A stretch of DNA of 64,000 nt from Candidatus Methanosuratincola verstraetei (GCA_049570475.1 CP186953.1:1248001-1312000); one strand, 5' to 3'. Positions 18,495 through 28,760 are shown, numbered from the stretch's first letter. Translations and numbers: made by a program. The notes: generated by a model not told the origin, from the letters alone.

Positions 18495-19646
18495 CTATTT
18501 TATCCTTATCTCCACTATGTCCCCATCCGCAAGCTCGTGATCCGCCCCCACCTTCTCGGCATCATACTTCGCCGAGGGTCCCCAGATCCTAGCTATCTTG
18601 AAGTTCTTGTAGAGGTGCGAGTGCACCACCTTCGCTACATCGATGACCTTCGCTCCCTGCCTCATCACGATGGGTTTCTTTGCAGGCTCCCCCCCGACCT
18701 CCTTGGTGTAGACCCTGATTATGCCGAGCATCCTGAAGATCTCCTTGCCGAGGCTGCCAAGACCCTCCCCAGTCCGCGCCGAGACACCGAGGGCTTCCCT
18801 CCCAGCCAGCTTTTTGAATTCATGCAGCGCCCCAGGGTATGCGTCAACCTTGTTTACCAGGATCAGCGAGGGCTTGTAGATCTTCGTCTGTTCCAGCGCC
18901 CCCAGGATATCATCCTTCCCTGCGTCTCCCCATATCCTGACGATCGCGTTCCTGACACCCGCCTCCTTCAAGATCTTGTCGACCTCCTCCACCCTGCAGG
19001 CGATCCTGCCTGTGCACGCTATCTGGATCCCGCCGCCTGTTGTCCTCTCGATCTCGATCTTCCTCGCAGCCCTGTCAGTAGTAATCCCTGCCATTCCGAG
19101 CTCTTTAATTACCATGCCGTATTGGCCGACGGGATCGGATCCGTCCAGCACTATTGCCAGCCCGTCTGCATTCCTTATCACGCTCATGAGCTGCGATCCC
19201 CAAGAGAGCCCATAGCTTGCCCCCTCAAAAATCGCCGGTGTGTCCACCAGCTGGAACTGGAGGTCTTCGAAGTCTAGCATCCCCGGCACCGGCTCTTTGG
19301 TGGTGAACTGGTAGTCGCCAACCTCGACCTTCGCGTTGGTCGTGTATGCGAGTATGCTGCTCTTTCCGGAGCCGGTAGCCCCGACCAGCACAACCTGCGC
19401 GGCCCCCTCCTTCTTTACCGAGAAGCCGCCGCCCCCTCCTCCTGACTTCCTCTTCTTCTGCTCCTCGAGCTCTTCCTTGAGTTCAGCAAGGCGCCTCCTC
19501 AGGTACCTCCTCATCTTCTCGTTGCCCTTGTGTTCTGGGATCGACGAGATGAATTCTTGGAGGTACCTTATCTTCTCGGGCAGCGTCTTGGCTTCAATGT
19601 ATCTTCTCTCTGCGGCCCTTGCCTGGGGAGGTAGGTTTGCGGGCAA
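18495..19646 (-). CDS. DRG/OBG-family GTPase with TGS domain
   Basis: IPEHKGNEK, GATGSGKSS, FTT, DTP, NKVD, C-terminal TGS. Confidence 0.88.
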   Translation of the reverse strand: MPANLPPQARAAERRYIEAKTLPEKIRYLQEFISSIPEHKGNEKMRRYLRRRLAELKEELEEQKKRKSGGGGGGFSVKKEGAAQVVLVGATGSGKSSILAYTTNAKVEVGDYQFTTKEPVPGMLDFEDLQFQLVDTPAIFEGASYGLSWGSQLMSVIRNADGLAIVLDGSDPVGQYGMVIKELGMAGITTDRAARKIEIERTTGGGIQIACTGRIACRVEEVDKILKEAGVRNAIVRIWGDAGKDDILGALEQTKIYKPSLILVNKVDAYPGALHEFKKLAGREALGVSARTGEGLGSLGKEIFRMLGIIRVYTKEVGGEPAKKPIVMRQGAKVIDVAKVVHSHLYKNFKIARIWGPSAKYDAEKVGADHELADGDIVEIRIK

Positions 19647-19704
19647 GTACTACACCGTTTCCCAAGACTCTTCCTTTTCCCCTTGGGATATAATAAATCT
19701 ATAC

Positions 19705-20667
19705 TCACTTATGCGCTTTCCTAGCCGCTACCAGCCTCGCTACCCGCACAATCCTGTCCGCTAGCCTGAGTGCGTTCTTCTCGAAGAAATAGGCATTAGG
19801 CTCTATCCCTACCCCGCCCGTGTCAACAATCACGTCGACCCAGCCCCTGTTCTCCTTGAATGCTCCCTCAGCGAATTCGAAGAGCTCCTCCTCCCCTTTT
19901 TGCATAGGCGTCCTATCGAATACAGCGCAGTTGAATCCCATCTTATTTATCGCCTCCGCCACGTCCTCGTTGTAGGCAGTGTTCATGACCGACCTCACCT
20001 CGGGGTTCACGCTCATGACCCTCAGGAGTAGCTTGGCCAGGTGGCTTGAGACCCCGAACTCTGGATCCATGAGGGACATTACCTTGCCCCTTATTTTGAC
20101 CAACCTCCCCGGGATCCCCGCCACATCTGCAACACCCTTTGCATTCTTCAGCGCCATGACCATGTTGGAGAGCACCTGCGGCTCCAGCTCAACGAACTCA
20201 GGTGTGTTCTCGATCATCGAGACTGCAACGGTAAGGTCGCTCAGCGTCGCCCTCCTCATGTCTGAGAGGTCTGTGAGGCTCATGTGCAGCTGCATGCATA
20301 TGCTGCACTTCTCGTCCTCAAGCTCTTGGATTCTCAACTTGTGCGCATGGCATATCGAACCCCCGCGCCTGAGGTTGAGGCAGATCTCGCAGATGTTGTT
20401 GATCATATCCGCGTTCGAGAACCGCTTCATTGTGATCTCGGATGCAAGGCCCTTAGCTATTTCCCGCAGCTCCTTTAGCGAGAAGGGTTCGATCGATGCG
20501 TCTGTCAGCTGCTGAGTCAGGTACCCGCTCACCGCCGCCTGCGTCACGCCCAGCTTTTTGGCTATCTTGGTCTGGGTGTAGCCGTGGTTTTCTGCCAGCT
20601 CCTTAGCGACCAGCGTCCTCAAAATCGGTAGCAGCTCCTTTACAGTGAGCTCGCATGGCGGGTTCAA
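19705..20667 (-). CDS. thiR: ThiR-like regulator (XRE HTH fused to ThiN-like domain)
   Basis: PPCE...TQTKIAKKLGVTQAAVSGY HTH; DVAGIPGR, PEFGVSSHLA ThiN-like domain; divergent from thiDN. Confidence 0.75.
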   Translation of the reverse strand: MNPPCELTVKELLPILRTLVAKELAENHGYTQTKIAKKLGVTQAAVSGYLTQQLTDASIEPFSLKELREIAKGLASEITMKRFSNADMINNICEICLNLRRGGSICHAHKLRIQELEDEKCSICMQLHMSLTDLSDMRRATLSDLTVAVSMIENTPEFVELEPQVLSNMVMALKNAKGVADVAGIPGRLVKIRGKVMSLMDPEFGVSSHLAKLLLRVMSVNPEVRSVMNTAYNEDVAEAINKMGFNCAVFDRTPMQKGEEELFEFAEGAFKENRGWVDVIVDTGGVGIEPNAYFFEKNALRLADRIVRVARLVAARKAHK

Positions 20668-20748
20668 GTCTTACACCATAAATTGGTTTATTCACGAATT
20701 ATATATATTGCTTATAAAGCCCATCATATAAAATTATTGAGGGTAAGT

Positions 20749-22143
20749 ATGACAAAAAGGCAAAAGATCCCCGTTGTTCTAACGATAGCCGGATCCGACT
20801 CGGGCGGCGGCGCCGGGATCCAGGCAGATCTGAAGACTTTTGCATCATTTGGAGTGCACGGCACTTCAGCGATCACAGCGGTGACCGCCCAAGACACCAC
20901 CGGCGTCTCGGGCATCCACGAGATCCCGCCAGCAATGGTGAGGGCCCAGATAGAGGCAGTCGTCAAGGACATGGGAGTCAAGTTCGCAAAGACGGGGATG
21001 CTCTCGAGCTCACCGATAATCTCTGAGGTATCTAAGGCAATAGATGAATTCGGGCTGAATGCGGTTGTCGACCCTGTGATGGTCGCAAAGTCAGGCGCCC
21101 CCCTCCTCAGGCAAGAAGCGGTCTCGTCCTTAAAAGAGGAGCTCATACCCGTGGCGCATTTGATCACACCGAATATCGAGGAAGCATCAGCCCTTACGAA
21201 AATGGGGATCTCATCAATGGATGATGTCTTGAGGGCTGGGGAATTGCTGCTTGACATGGGGGCGCGCTACGTCGTGATCAAGGGCGGGCACCTGCCGGGG
21301 GAGCCCGTAGATACGCTCTTCTCGAGGGGTCGTGCTCCTGTTCATTACAGGGGCGATCGGATCCAGTCGAAGGCCACCCACGGCACTGGGTGCACCTTCT
21401 CGGCCGCGATCGCATCCTGCTTGGCTCTCGGTCGCCCTGTCGAGGAGGCGGTGGGGGCGGCAAAGCAGTTTGTGCGGAACGCGATTCTACACGGTCTTGA
21501 AGTTGGGAGGGGCGTTGGCCCGGTAAACCCTATCTCAAGCCTGGAGATTGACGCAGAGAAGTTCAGGGTTATTTCGTCAGTGAGCGATGCCCTTTGCTTG
21601 CTCGAGTCATCGGAGTTTGCGCCGCTCCTTTCGCCGGAATGCCAGATCAACTTGGCCATGTCTCTCCCCATGAGATACGCTTCAGGGGTGGAGTCCGTAT
21701 GCGGCGTCCCTGGCAGGATCTCCAATTCGGGCGGTCGCCTGAAGCCGGCTTCCTGCCCTGCTTTTGGAGGATCTAGGCATGTTGCCCGCGCAATTCTCTC
21801 AGTGATGCGCCATGACCCTGATACGCGGTCTGCAATGAACATCAGATACTCGGAGGAGATGCTTCGGATCATCGACGACTTGGGCTATTCGCACGCTTCA
21901 TACGACCGCACAAAGGAGCCTGAAGAAGTCAAGGCTGCGGAGGGGGCATCCATCCCTTGGGGCATTGAGGAGGCAATAAGGGCTTATGGCGGAGTCCCAG
22001 ACGTTGTATATCACACAGGCGACTGGGGGAAGGAGCCAATGATGCTGGTATTCGGGAAGGATGCAGTCGAGGTGGCCATGAAGGCTATCCGCATTGCAAG
22101 GAGGCTCGCAGAAGTCGCTAATCCTGGAACCTCCTCAGGCTAG
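20749..22143 (+). CDS. thiDN: bifunctional HMP/HMP-P kinase / thiamine-phosphate synthase
   Basis: [30 protein letters not shown]; C-terminal ThiN (PGRI, FGGSRH, GKEP). Confidence 0.92.
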   Translation: MTKRQKIPVVLTIAGSDSGGGAGIQADLKTFASFGVHGTSAITAVTAQDTTGVSGIHEIPPAMVRAQIEAVVKDMGVKFAKTGMLSSSPIISEVSKAIDEFGLNAVVDPVMVAKSGAPLLRQEAVSSLKEELIPVAHLITPNIEEASALTKMGISSMDDVLRAGELLLDMGARYVVIKGGHLPGEPVDTLFSRGRAPVHYRGDRIQSKATHGTGCTFSAAIASCLALGRPVEEAVGAAKQFVRNAILHGLEVGRGVGPVNPISSLEIDAEKFRVISSVSDALCLLESSEFAPLLSPECQINLAMSLPMRYASGVESVCGVPGRISNSGGRLKPASCPAFGGSRHVARAILSVMRHDPDTRSAMNIRYSEEMLRIIDDLGYSHASYDRTKEPEEVKAAEGASIPWGIEEAIRAYGGVPDVVYHTGDWGKEPMMLVFGKDAVEVAMKAIRIARRLAEVANPGTSSG

Positions 22144-22639
22144 CCAACTTGACTTCCTTGGCATCGAAGATGCCGCACCTGGCCTCATCTATGAACTCGT
22201 TCAGCTTGAAGATTGGAACCACAAATACCCCGTTGTGCTCTGTAACCGCCTCCTGGTGTAGCGTCACGATAACCGGGATGATCGAGGCCCTGCCCCACTC
22301 CGCCGCATCGGGGAAAATCTGTACCATTTTCCCCTCAAAATGGTACGCCCTGAGGCGCTGCCTTGCCGCCGCGTCTCTTATGCCGCTTGACTTGCCTGCC
22401 CTCATCCCCCAGTGCTTGCAGTCCACAAGCACTGCTCGTGGCCTCTGGAACGCAACGACGTCGATCTCATATCTCCTCCTCTCTGCGATGAACCTGAGGT
22501 TCCTCAGCACCGCAAACCCGTTCTCGGAGAAGATCTCTGCTGCAAACCCCTCGAAATCCTTCCAGCAGAGCCCTTCAACAAGCCCCGCTGCCGGGATCCC
22601 CCTTTCCATCCTTTCGAGGACTTCCTTCAGCAGTCCCAT
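22118..22639 (-). CDS. PD-(D/E)xK nuclease, Mrr-like/NERD family
   Basis: WKDFE..AEIF...GF, EIDVVA, VDCKHW. Confidence 0.72.
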   Translation of the reverse strand: MGLLKEVLERMERGIPAAGLVEGLCWKDFEGFAAEIFSENGFAVLRNLRFIAERRRYEIDVVAFQRPRAVLVDCKHWGMRAGKSSGIRDAAARQRLRAYHFEGKMVQIFPDAAEWGRASIIPVIVTLHQEAVTEHNGVFVVPIFKLNEFIDEARCGIFDAKEVKLASLRRFQD

Positions 22640-22652
22640 TAAATACCCGCCC

Positions 22653-23483
22653 TCAAACGCCGGTCCTGAGGATACCGCCCGCCGTTCGCGGGAAGACCTT
22701 GGGCACCGGAGGGACCCTCCTCTTGTGGGCGCTCTCCCTGACCATCCTCCTGACCCTCTCAACTTTGGCGGCATAGTCCGGACCTAGGTCCTCCACTATC
22801 TCTTCTTTCTTCATCCTCAGGTCGTAGAGGCGGTAGAGGATCGTGTCGATTTCTTCATAGCTGATTCCCAGCTCGCTCTCTGCTGTTTGCCCCTTCCAAA
22901 GCCTTGGGGAGCTTTCCTTCATTATTATCATTTGGGGAATCCCCAGGTGCCTGGCAAGCTCCCTGACTTGGGTCTTGTAGAGGCAGCCGAGAGGCAGCAG
23001 GTCCACTCCCCCGTCGCCGTACTTGGTGAAATACCCAATCATGAGTTCGCTCCTGTCCCCGCTCCCGATGACAATCCTGCCCTCTGAATTTGCAACATAG
23101 TAAAGGATAGTCATCCTCAGCCTTGCCCTCACATTTCCTTCAGCCACTATATCCTTCCGCTCGCACCCTGCTGAAGCGAGATCTGAGACAGCCTTTGATG
23201 CGTCCGTGATGTCGATCTTCCTGTACGGTATACCCAGGCTTTCAGCAAGGGCCGTAGCATCGTTGACATCCTCCTTAGGGGTGGCAGCCGAATCTGGCAT
23301 CAAAAGGGCGAGGACTTTTTCCTTCCCCAGCCCTCTTGCTGAGAGGGCAGCCGCCACAGCAGAGTCTATGCCCCCGCTCAGACCTACCACCGCGCGCCTC
23401 CCCCCCACCCTCCTTCTTATGAATTCAGATATCTTGGAAGCCACGAATTCCGCATCAAAATCAGTAAGGCAGACTTCAGGCAT
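22653..23483 (-). CDS. nadE: NH3-dependent NAD+ synthetase
   Basis: GLSGGIDS, NVRARLRM, GYFTKYGDGG, HKR. Confidence 0.95.
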   Translation of the reverse strand: MPEVCLTDFDAEFVASKISEFIRRRVGGRRAVVGLSGGIDSAVAAALSARGLGKEKVLALLMPDSAATPKEDVNDATALAESLGIPYRKIDITDASKAVSDLASAGCERKDIVAEGNVRARLRMTILYYVANSEGRIVIGSGDRSELMIGYFTKYGDGGVDLLPLGCLYKTQVRELARHLGIPQMIIMKESSPRLWKGQTAESELGISYEEIDTILYRLYDLRMKKEEIVEDLGPDYAAKVERVRRMVRESAHKRRVPPVPKVFPRTAGGILRTGV

Positions 23484-23569
23484 AATTTACCATTCCGTGG
23501 TATAGGTCTCCCGTCAATATATAAAAGCTTAAATTGAGGCAGGATCCCTTACATGAAACAAAGAGGCGC

Positions 23570-23863
23570 ATGATCATGTCAAAGGATCAGGCAATTGGTG
23601 CAGGAATACTTGCAACATCGGTAATCCTGATTGTGGTTTACATTTGGTGGCTCTTCTTCTCAGAGTGGTCTTGGTGGGCCATAGTCCTCCCTGTATTGGT
23701 GATGGTACTGGCAGTGCTCGGCATAGCTGGCTGGATCGGATACACCATGGCAACAACCCCTCCGCCTAAGCCACTGGAGGAGATACCTGAGCTTTCAGAT
23801 GTCACAGAGGGGAAGGAAGGAGCTCAGTCTGAGCCAAAGCCAGCAGAAGAGAAGAAGGAATGA
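23570..23863 (+). CDS. small conserved membrane protein (2 TM, acidic tail)
   Basis: Two TM helices, WIGYTMATTPPPKPLEE motif. Confidence 0.75.
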   Translation: MIMSKDQAIGAGILATSVILIVVYIWWLFFSEWSWWAIVLPVLVMVLAVLGIAGWIGYTMATTPPPKPLEEIPELSDVTEGKEGAQSEPKPAEEKKE

Positions 23864-23920
23864 ATCTAAGCCAACCAGTCTTTATTTTTTGACTGATTAC
23901 ACGCGAGCGAGGTACCGCAT

Positions 23921-24604
23921 TTGAAAATTAGTTTTCCGCTGATTCTCGTAAATTTCAAGACCTACAGGGAATCCATTGGGCAGAAGGGGCTGGAATTAGC
24001 AAGGGCAGCGGAGCGGGTATCCCGAGAAACTGGCGTTTGCATAGCAGTTGCCCCGCAGACTCCCGATCTCTCCAGGATAGCTAGCAGCGTAGGGATCCCT
24101 GTGTTCTCGCAGCATGTGGATCCGGAAGAGCCTGGAGCTCATACTGGGGGCGTCACGCCCGAGTCGCTTAAGGAAGCTGGCGTTTCAGGAACCATTTTGA
24201 ACCATTCGGAGAGGAGGCTGCGGATAGACATCGTTGAGGAGGCTGTGAGACGGTGCTCTAGCTTGGGGCTGCTGACATGCGTCTGCGCAAACACCCCCTT
24301 GGCTGGACGCGCTGTGGCTAGCTTCGGCCCGGACATGGTTGCTGTAGAGCCCCCTGAGCTCATTGGGAGTGGCGTATCCGTCTCGAAGGCCAGACCAGAA
24401 GTAGTGGGCGATGCCGTCCGTCTAATCAAGGAAATTTCAGGTGGCGTGCACGTGCTCTGCGGTGCAGGGATCACCTCTGGCGAGGACGTCTCAGCTGCGA
24501 TAAAGCTCGGTGCAGAGGGGGTGCTCGTAGCGTCTGGCATAGTGAAGTCGAACAATCCGATTAAAGCACTGGCGGATCTGGCGGAGCATTCCGTTCAGCG
24601 TTGA
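23921..24604 (+). CDS. tpiA: triosephosphate isomerase (archaeal type)
   Basis: VNFKTY, NHSERR, AVEPPELIG, LCGAGI, LVASG. Confidence 0.95.
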   Translation: MKISFPLILVNFKTYRESIGQKGLELARAAERVSRETGVCIAVAPQTPDLSRIASSVGIPVFSQHVDPEEPGAHTGGVTPESLKEAGVSGTILNHSERRLRIDIVEEAVRRCSSLGLLTCVCANTPLAGRAVASFGPDMVAVEPPELIGSGVSVSKARPEVVGDAVRLIKEISGGVHVLCGAGITSGEDVSAAIKLGAEGVLVASGIVKSNNPIKALADLAEHSVQR

Positions 24605-24670
24605 ATCCAGAGAAACTCCAGCAGAAAAAATAAAATAAAATAAAAAAATTGATATTGCCTTATCGCGCTA

Positions 24671-25048
24671 TCATTTCCCGTACCCGATGCGATTTTGGTT
24701 CATTGCCTGGAGCATTTCCCTCAATTGGAACGCAAAGCTCTGGCAATCATCGCTCGAGTTGCAGCAAATTCCTGCCTGCGGACCAAGCATCCCCCTTTCC
24801 TGGATTCTTAGCTGGACCTTTTCTTGGATTACGTTTTTGCAGCAGTCAGTAAAGTTGTTCATTGCACATTCCCTGTCTCTAAGGCGCTCCCTGTCCTGTG
24901 TCTGTAATGCGTTGGGGCTGAAATCCGTCTGCTTACCCACGTAGGTCTGTGTATTTGCTGTTGCGAGTGTTGATGCTATCGGCACAGCAGCAATGAACAG
25001 CGCTGCCACCAACAATATGGCTATTCTCTTGTTCATTTTTGTCACCAA
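24671..25048 (-). CDS. secreted/surface protein with signal peptide
   Basis: MNKRIAILLVAALFIAAVPIAS signal; QTQDRERLRDRE and paired Cys. Confidence 0.6.
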   Translation of the reverse strand: MVTKMNKRIAILLVAALFIAAVPIASTLATANTQTYVGKQTDFSPNALQTQDRERLRDRECAMNNFTDCCKNVIQEKVQLRIQERGMLGPQAGICCNSSDDCQSFAFQLREMLQAMNQNRIGYGK

Positions 25049-25080
25049 AAGGACCTAGCTCTGCTAAAGTCATATTGATT

Positions 25081-25130
25081 TTCCAAGAAATTGACCAAGT
25101 CAATCCCAAATTGATCCCAAACTTGGTCAC
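25081..25130. promoter_or_regulatory. helically phased CCAA/TTGG repeats plus inverted repeat (putative operator)
   Basis: CCAA at 25083, 25095, 25106, 25117; TGACCAAGT (25092) and ACTTGGTCA (25121) are perfect reverse complements. Confidence 0.55.
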
Positions 25131-25567
25131 TTGAGGCTGATGTATACAAGGATCAAAAGGGCCACGCAGCTGAATAATTCGGGTATCATTGCGAAAGGCC
25201 CAAGCCCGAAACCGCCGAAGCCGAGGGCGCTGTGCAGTAGCGGGTTGGAAGTGAGGGCATAAGAGAAGAGCACAAGGGCGACTATCGCCATAGAGAGTGA
25301 AAACTCGGATCTGATCCTCCTGTAAGTGTCGATGTAGATCCCTAGCAGCAGAATAGAGAGGAACATGTTGGCAAATGAGAGCGCCGCCTGGATTGAGTAG
25401 TAGACTTCCATGTCCCGGCCTTCGTGGCGCATATTGGTCCCGCCTCCCTGCTGGTTGTTTGCCAGATCAAAAGCCCCTGCGCTTGAGCAAGACGGCTGCA
25501 CGATCAGTCCAAAGACTAATGCCATTGACACAATGGCAAATGACCACTCTCTGATTCCCATAGTCAC
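25127..25567 (-). CDS. membrane protein co-encoded with ArsR-family regulator
   Basis: About four hydrophobic segments; start overlaps stop of wHTH gene. Confidence 0.7.
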   Translation of the reverse strand: MTMGIREWSFAIVSMALVFGLIVQPSCSSAGAFDLANNQQGGGTNMRHEGRDMEVYYSIQAALSFANMFLSILLLGIYIDTYRRIRSEFSLSMAIVALVLFSYALTSNPLLHSALGFGGFGLGPFAMIPELFSCVALLILVYISLK

Positions 25568-25902
25568 TTCCTCTTCCTCCCGCCTCTCTTTTTACTATTT
25601 TTCCCAATTCTCTCCCAGATCTCCTCGAAAACCCCATAGTTGCTTTCCAGCTCTAAACTGAGGAAGTAGGTTACACCATATCCTTCGCCGGCCGTGGACA
25701 ATAGGCCGTTCTTCAGTAGCACATCCAGGTGGTGCCTGACATTCTTGTACTCCATCCCCAGCGTATCCGAAAGCATGTTTGCGTTCTTGGGCATTTCCTT
25801 CAGTGACTCTATTATGCGCCCTCTTGATTCGCCACCCCTGGTGCCTGCAATAAGCCAGTACAGGAGTCGCTTGAGAGGCGCATTCTGTTGCATATGACTC
25901 AC
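25564..25902 (-). CDS. ArsR-family winged-helix transcriptional regulator
   Basis: LLYWLIAGTRGGESR.RII, NAN.LS..LGMEYKNVRHHLDVL, YG..YF. Confidence 0.85.
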   Translation of the reverse strand: MSHMQQNAPLKRLLYWLIAGTRGGESRGRIIESLKEMPKNANMLSDTLGMEYKNVRHHLDVLLKNGLLSTAGEGYGVTYFLSLELESNYGVFEEIWERIGKNSKKRGGRKRK

Positions 25903-26019
25903 CCTATTTTTGCGTCGCTTGGGGATATAACTTCTTGCCGTACTTTATGTACAAAATAGAACATAAAGGCTTAAATATGGTTATCTTTATCCAAATAAAA
26001 CCATTGGTGAAAAAAATGG

Positions 26020-27372
26020 GTGACCGTTTTTGGTGAGGGTCTTAGGGTAGACCTCCCAGCCGACGAGATACCGAAGTACTGGTACAATATCGTGCCGGAT
26101 CTCCCGGAGCCATGTCCGCCTCCGCTTGATCCGAAGACAATGAAGCCTGCGGGTCTGGACTCGCTTTGGTTCTTCCCGAAGAGCCTGATCGAGCAGGAGA
26201 TATCTCAAGAACGATACATTGCAATCCCTGACGAGGTCAGGGAGATATACGTCAAGATGGCAAGGCCGACTCCCCTGATAAGGGCGAAGCGGCTTGAGGA
26301 GTTCCTCGGCACGCCAGCGGAGATCTACTACAAGTATGAGGGCATCTCCCCCGTTGGGAGCCACAAGGGCAATACCGCCATAGCACAAGCGTACTACAAC
26401 AAGAGAGACGGGGTTGAGCGTCTCGTCACAGAGACCGGCGCAGGCCAATGGGGATCCGCATTGTCGTTGGCATGTGCGATGTTCGATATGCGGTGTACGG
26501 TCTTCATGACGAGGGCTTCACACGACCAGAAGCCATACAGGAGGGTTCTGATGGAGCTATACGGCTCGGAAGTCTATGCCTCGCCAAGCAATGCGACCGA
26601 GTTCGGGCGCCGGATTCTCTCAGAAAAACCGAACCACCCAGGAAGCCTTGGCATTGCAATTAGCGAAGCGATCGAAACCGTGAAGAACGATCCGAAATCC
26701 AAGTACTCCTTGGGTTCGGTAACAAACTTTGTCCTTTTGCACCAGACCATAATAGGCCAGGAGGCAATGAAGCAACTGGAGCTGATAGACCGCAAGCCTG
26801 ATTATGTGATCGGATGCGTCGGTGGCGGCAGCAATTACGCCGGGCTTGCATACCCGTTCTTGAAGGAAAAGCTAGCTGGAAAGCTCGACGCGGAGTTCTA
26901 TTCGGTCGAACCGGAGGCAGTACCGTCGTTCACACGCGGGGTCTATGCCTATGACTACGGCGACACAGCGGGCATGACGCCCCTCTTTCCGATGTACACC
27001 GTGGGGCACAACTTCGTGACGCCCCCGATCCACGCGGGCGGGCTGAGGTACCACGGGAAGGCCTATTCGATGAGCATCCTTGTGAAGAATTCGTTGATAA
27101 CGCCCGTTGCCGTCAAGCAGCGCGAAGTCTTCGACGCCGCAAGGATCTTCTCCAGGTGTGAGGGGATTGTGCCTGCCCCTGAGAGCGCCCATGCAGTCCT
27201 CCAGGCTATGAAGGTCGCGAGGACATGCAATGAGAAGAAGGTGATACTCTTCAACATGAGCGGCCACGGCCTCTTGGATCTGGGTGGCTATGCAGAGTAC
27301 CTCAGCGGCAGGATAATCAACTGCGACGCCGTCTCCATAAATTATGATTCCATCCCGATGAAGATACCCTGA
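26020..27372 (+). CDS. trpB2: TrpB2-type tryptophan synthase beta chain (stand-alone)
   Basis: YWYNI, GSHK PLP lysine, [25 protein letters not shown]; no trpA nearby. Confidence 0.9.
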   Translation: MTVFGEGLRVDLPADEIPKYWYNIVPDLPEPCPPPLDPKTMKPAGLDSLWFFPKSLIEQEISQERYIAIPDEVREIYVKMARPTPLIRAKRLEEFLGTPAEIYYKYEGISPVGSHKGNTAIAQAYYNKRDGVERLVTETGAGQWGSALSLACAMFDMRCTVFMTRASHDQKPYRRVLMELYGSEVYASPSNATEFGRRILSEKPNHPGSLGIAISEAIETVKNDPKSKYSLGSVTNFVLLHQTIIGQEAMKQLELIDRKPDYVIGCVGGGSNYAGLAYPFLKEKLAGKLDAEFYSVEPEAVPSFTRGVYAYDYGDTAGMTPLFPMYTVGHNFVTPPIHAGGLRYHGKAYSMSILVKNSLITPVAVKQREVFDAARIFSRCEGIVPAPESAHAVLQAMKVARTCNEKKVILFNMSGHGLLDLGGYAEYLSGRIINCDAVSINYDSIPMKIP

Positions 27373-27522
27373 TTTTTTACTTTTTTGAATGCCCTGCCCT
27401 AGGCGCAGCATCACTTTTTTTATCTAACGGCTGCCCTTTTACCGTCAAACCGTGCCTTGGTTCAGGTCATTGATCAGCATTTCGCAGCTATGCATCTTAT
27501 AAAAGGAAAAAAAGGATTATTC

Positions 27523-28035
27523 TCAACTTACGCTGACTTTCGTGACGGTCGGGGCAGTCAGCAGCTTTGAGATGACCTCGCCTGGAACCTTCGTGTCAGT
27601 GATTATCATCAGCTTCGGGTCTGGGTTTAGCTCCGGATCCTCCGCGAGTATTTGCCTTATCGAGATCCCTGCTTCAGAGATGCATTTTGTGACGTGGAAT
27701 ATCACCCCTACTGCGTCCGACTTTGCCCTGACTTCAACAACCCCGTACCCGAGCGCCGGGGCTATCTCTTTCAGGAAGCTCCCTGCCGGCTTTATTCCAG
27801 TGAAGATCCTCTTCATCAGAGGATCCCCCATTATCTCCTCAACAGTCTGCCTCACGACCCTCCTGTCCACGCCTGCAGCCCTTGACAGATCTGCATCAGA
27901 GATCTCCACGTTCCCGCATACAATCCTTCCTGATTCATTAATGCTGAATCCAAGCTCAACCATTAGCCTAGCTACCTTTAGCTTAGCAGGCGAGCCTTCA
28001 AAGAACTTTGTGATCGACTTCCACAATCGGATCAC
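27523..28035 (-). CDS. regulator of amino acid metabolism, HTH + ACT domain (COG2150-like)
   Basis: LSRAAGVDRRVV HTH; GISIRQI.AEDPEL ACT-like C-terminus. Confidence 0.8.
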   Translation of the reverse strand: MIRLWKSITKFFEGSPAKLKVARLMVELGFSINESGRIVCGNVEISDADLSRAAGVDRRVVRQTVEEIMGDPLMKRIFTGIKPAGSFLKEIAPALGYGVVEVRAKSDAVGVIFHVTKCISEAGISIRQILAEDPELNPDPKLMIITDTKVPGEVISKLLTAPTVTKVSVS

Positions 28036-28082
28036 TGTGTATAATTATGATCATGAATGCTTATATCCGTTTAGAACTATGC

Positions 28083-28214
28083 CAGACCTATCTGTCGGCT
28101 CGGGGCGGTCTGATATAATGCGCGCTCCGGATCCACTGCGGATCGCCCGGCAAAGTGCTATGCGGTCAATGCAGGGCATGTTATGGGTTGTTGCAGCGGA
28201 TTGGAGCCCGGCGC
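28083..28214 (+). ncRNA. candidate structured non-coding RNA (two hairpins)
   Basis: CAGACC/GGUCUG hairpin, then long stem GCUCCGGAUCCACUGCGG / UUGCAGCGGAUUGGAGC with nested stems; G-U pairs work on + strand. Confidence 0.35.
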
Positions 28215-28760
28215 TTATGCGTCTATGCCAATCAGCACGGTCCCCAGCCCGGTGCACCCGGTGTCTATTCCCATCCTGCTTTTCAGGAAGAGGTCTGCTG
28301 GTGGAGATGGGCTCCCGACCACTACTTTTTTGCCGAGGATCTCACCCATCTCGAGCGGCAGTATCTGCACCATCGTCTCGTCCCTCCTGTCCTTGAAGAG
28401 CCTCATCTTGTCCCTATAAAAGACCAGCGTCCCTGCAACTATGTTGCCCTCGCACTTGAGCCTCTCGAGCCTCTGTTGTTCGTTCACGTCCTCCCCTATC
28501 ACTTCCTCCCCGCAAACTATTTTTATGTAGGAGGACTGCGGCCACTTGAAGCACCTGTCTGTGGCGCAGGCAAAGACTTTCGCTTTCTTCAGCGCCTCCC
28601 TTACGCCAATGTTAATGCCCCTGCACAGCCCCATAAGGACGCCTTTTTCCGCCTGCTCCTCGAGCTTCAGTACCTCTGATTTCTCCTCCTCGGTCAGCTC
28701 CTTGACGCTTATTATGCCCTCTATCCTTCTCAGCGCACTCGCGTACTCATCTTCTGACAT
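28215..28760 (-). CDS. hypothetical protein, last gene of mmp3-A2-RACo operon
   Basis: Start overlaps the end of the ASKHA gene; protein-like composition. Confidence 0.72.
   Translation of the reverse strand: MSEDEYASALRRIEGIISVKELTEEEKSEVLKLEEQAEKGVLMGLCRGINIGVREALKKAKVFACATDRCFKWPQSSYIKIVCGEEVIGEDVNEQQRLERLKCEGNIVAGTLVFYRDKMRLFKDRRDETMVQILPLEMGEILGKKVVVGSPSPPADLFLKSRMGIDTGCTGLGTVLIGIDA

Noticed and set aside
25081-25130. Mini-CRISPR array
   Set aside because: Repeat units are about 11 bp with no spacers and no cas genes; better explained as an operator
27373-27522. C/D-box sRNA or fluoride riboswitch between trpB2 and the ACT regulator
   Set aside because: Only partial AUGA/CUGA boxes with wrong spacing; T/A tracts are explained by convergent terminators
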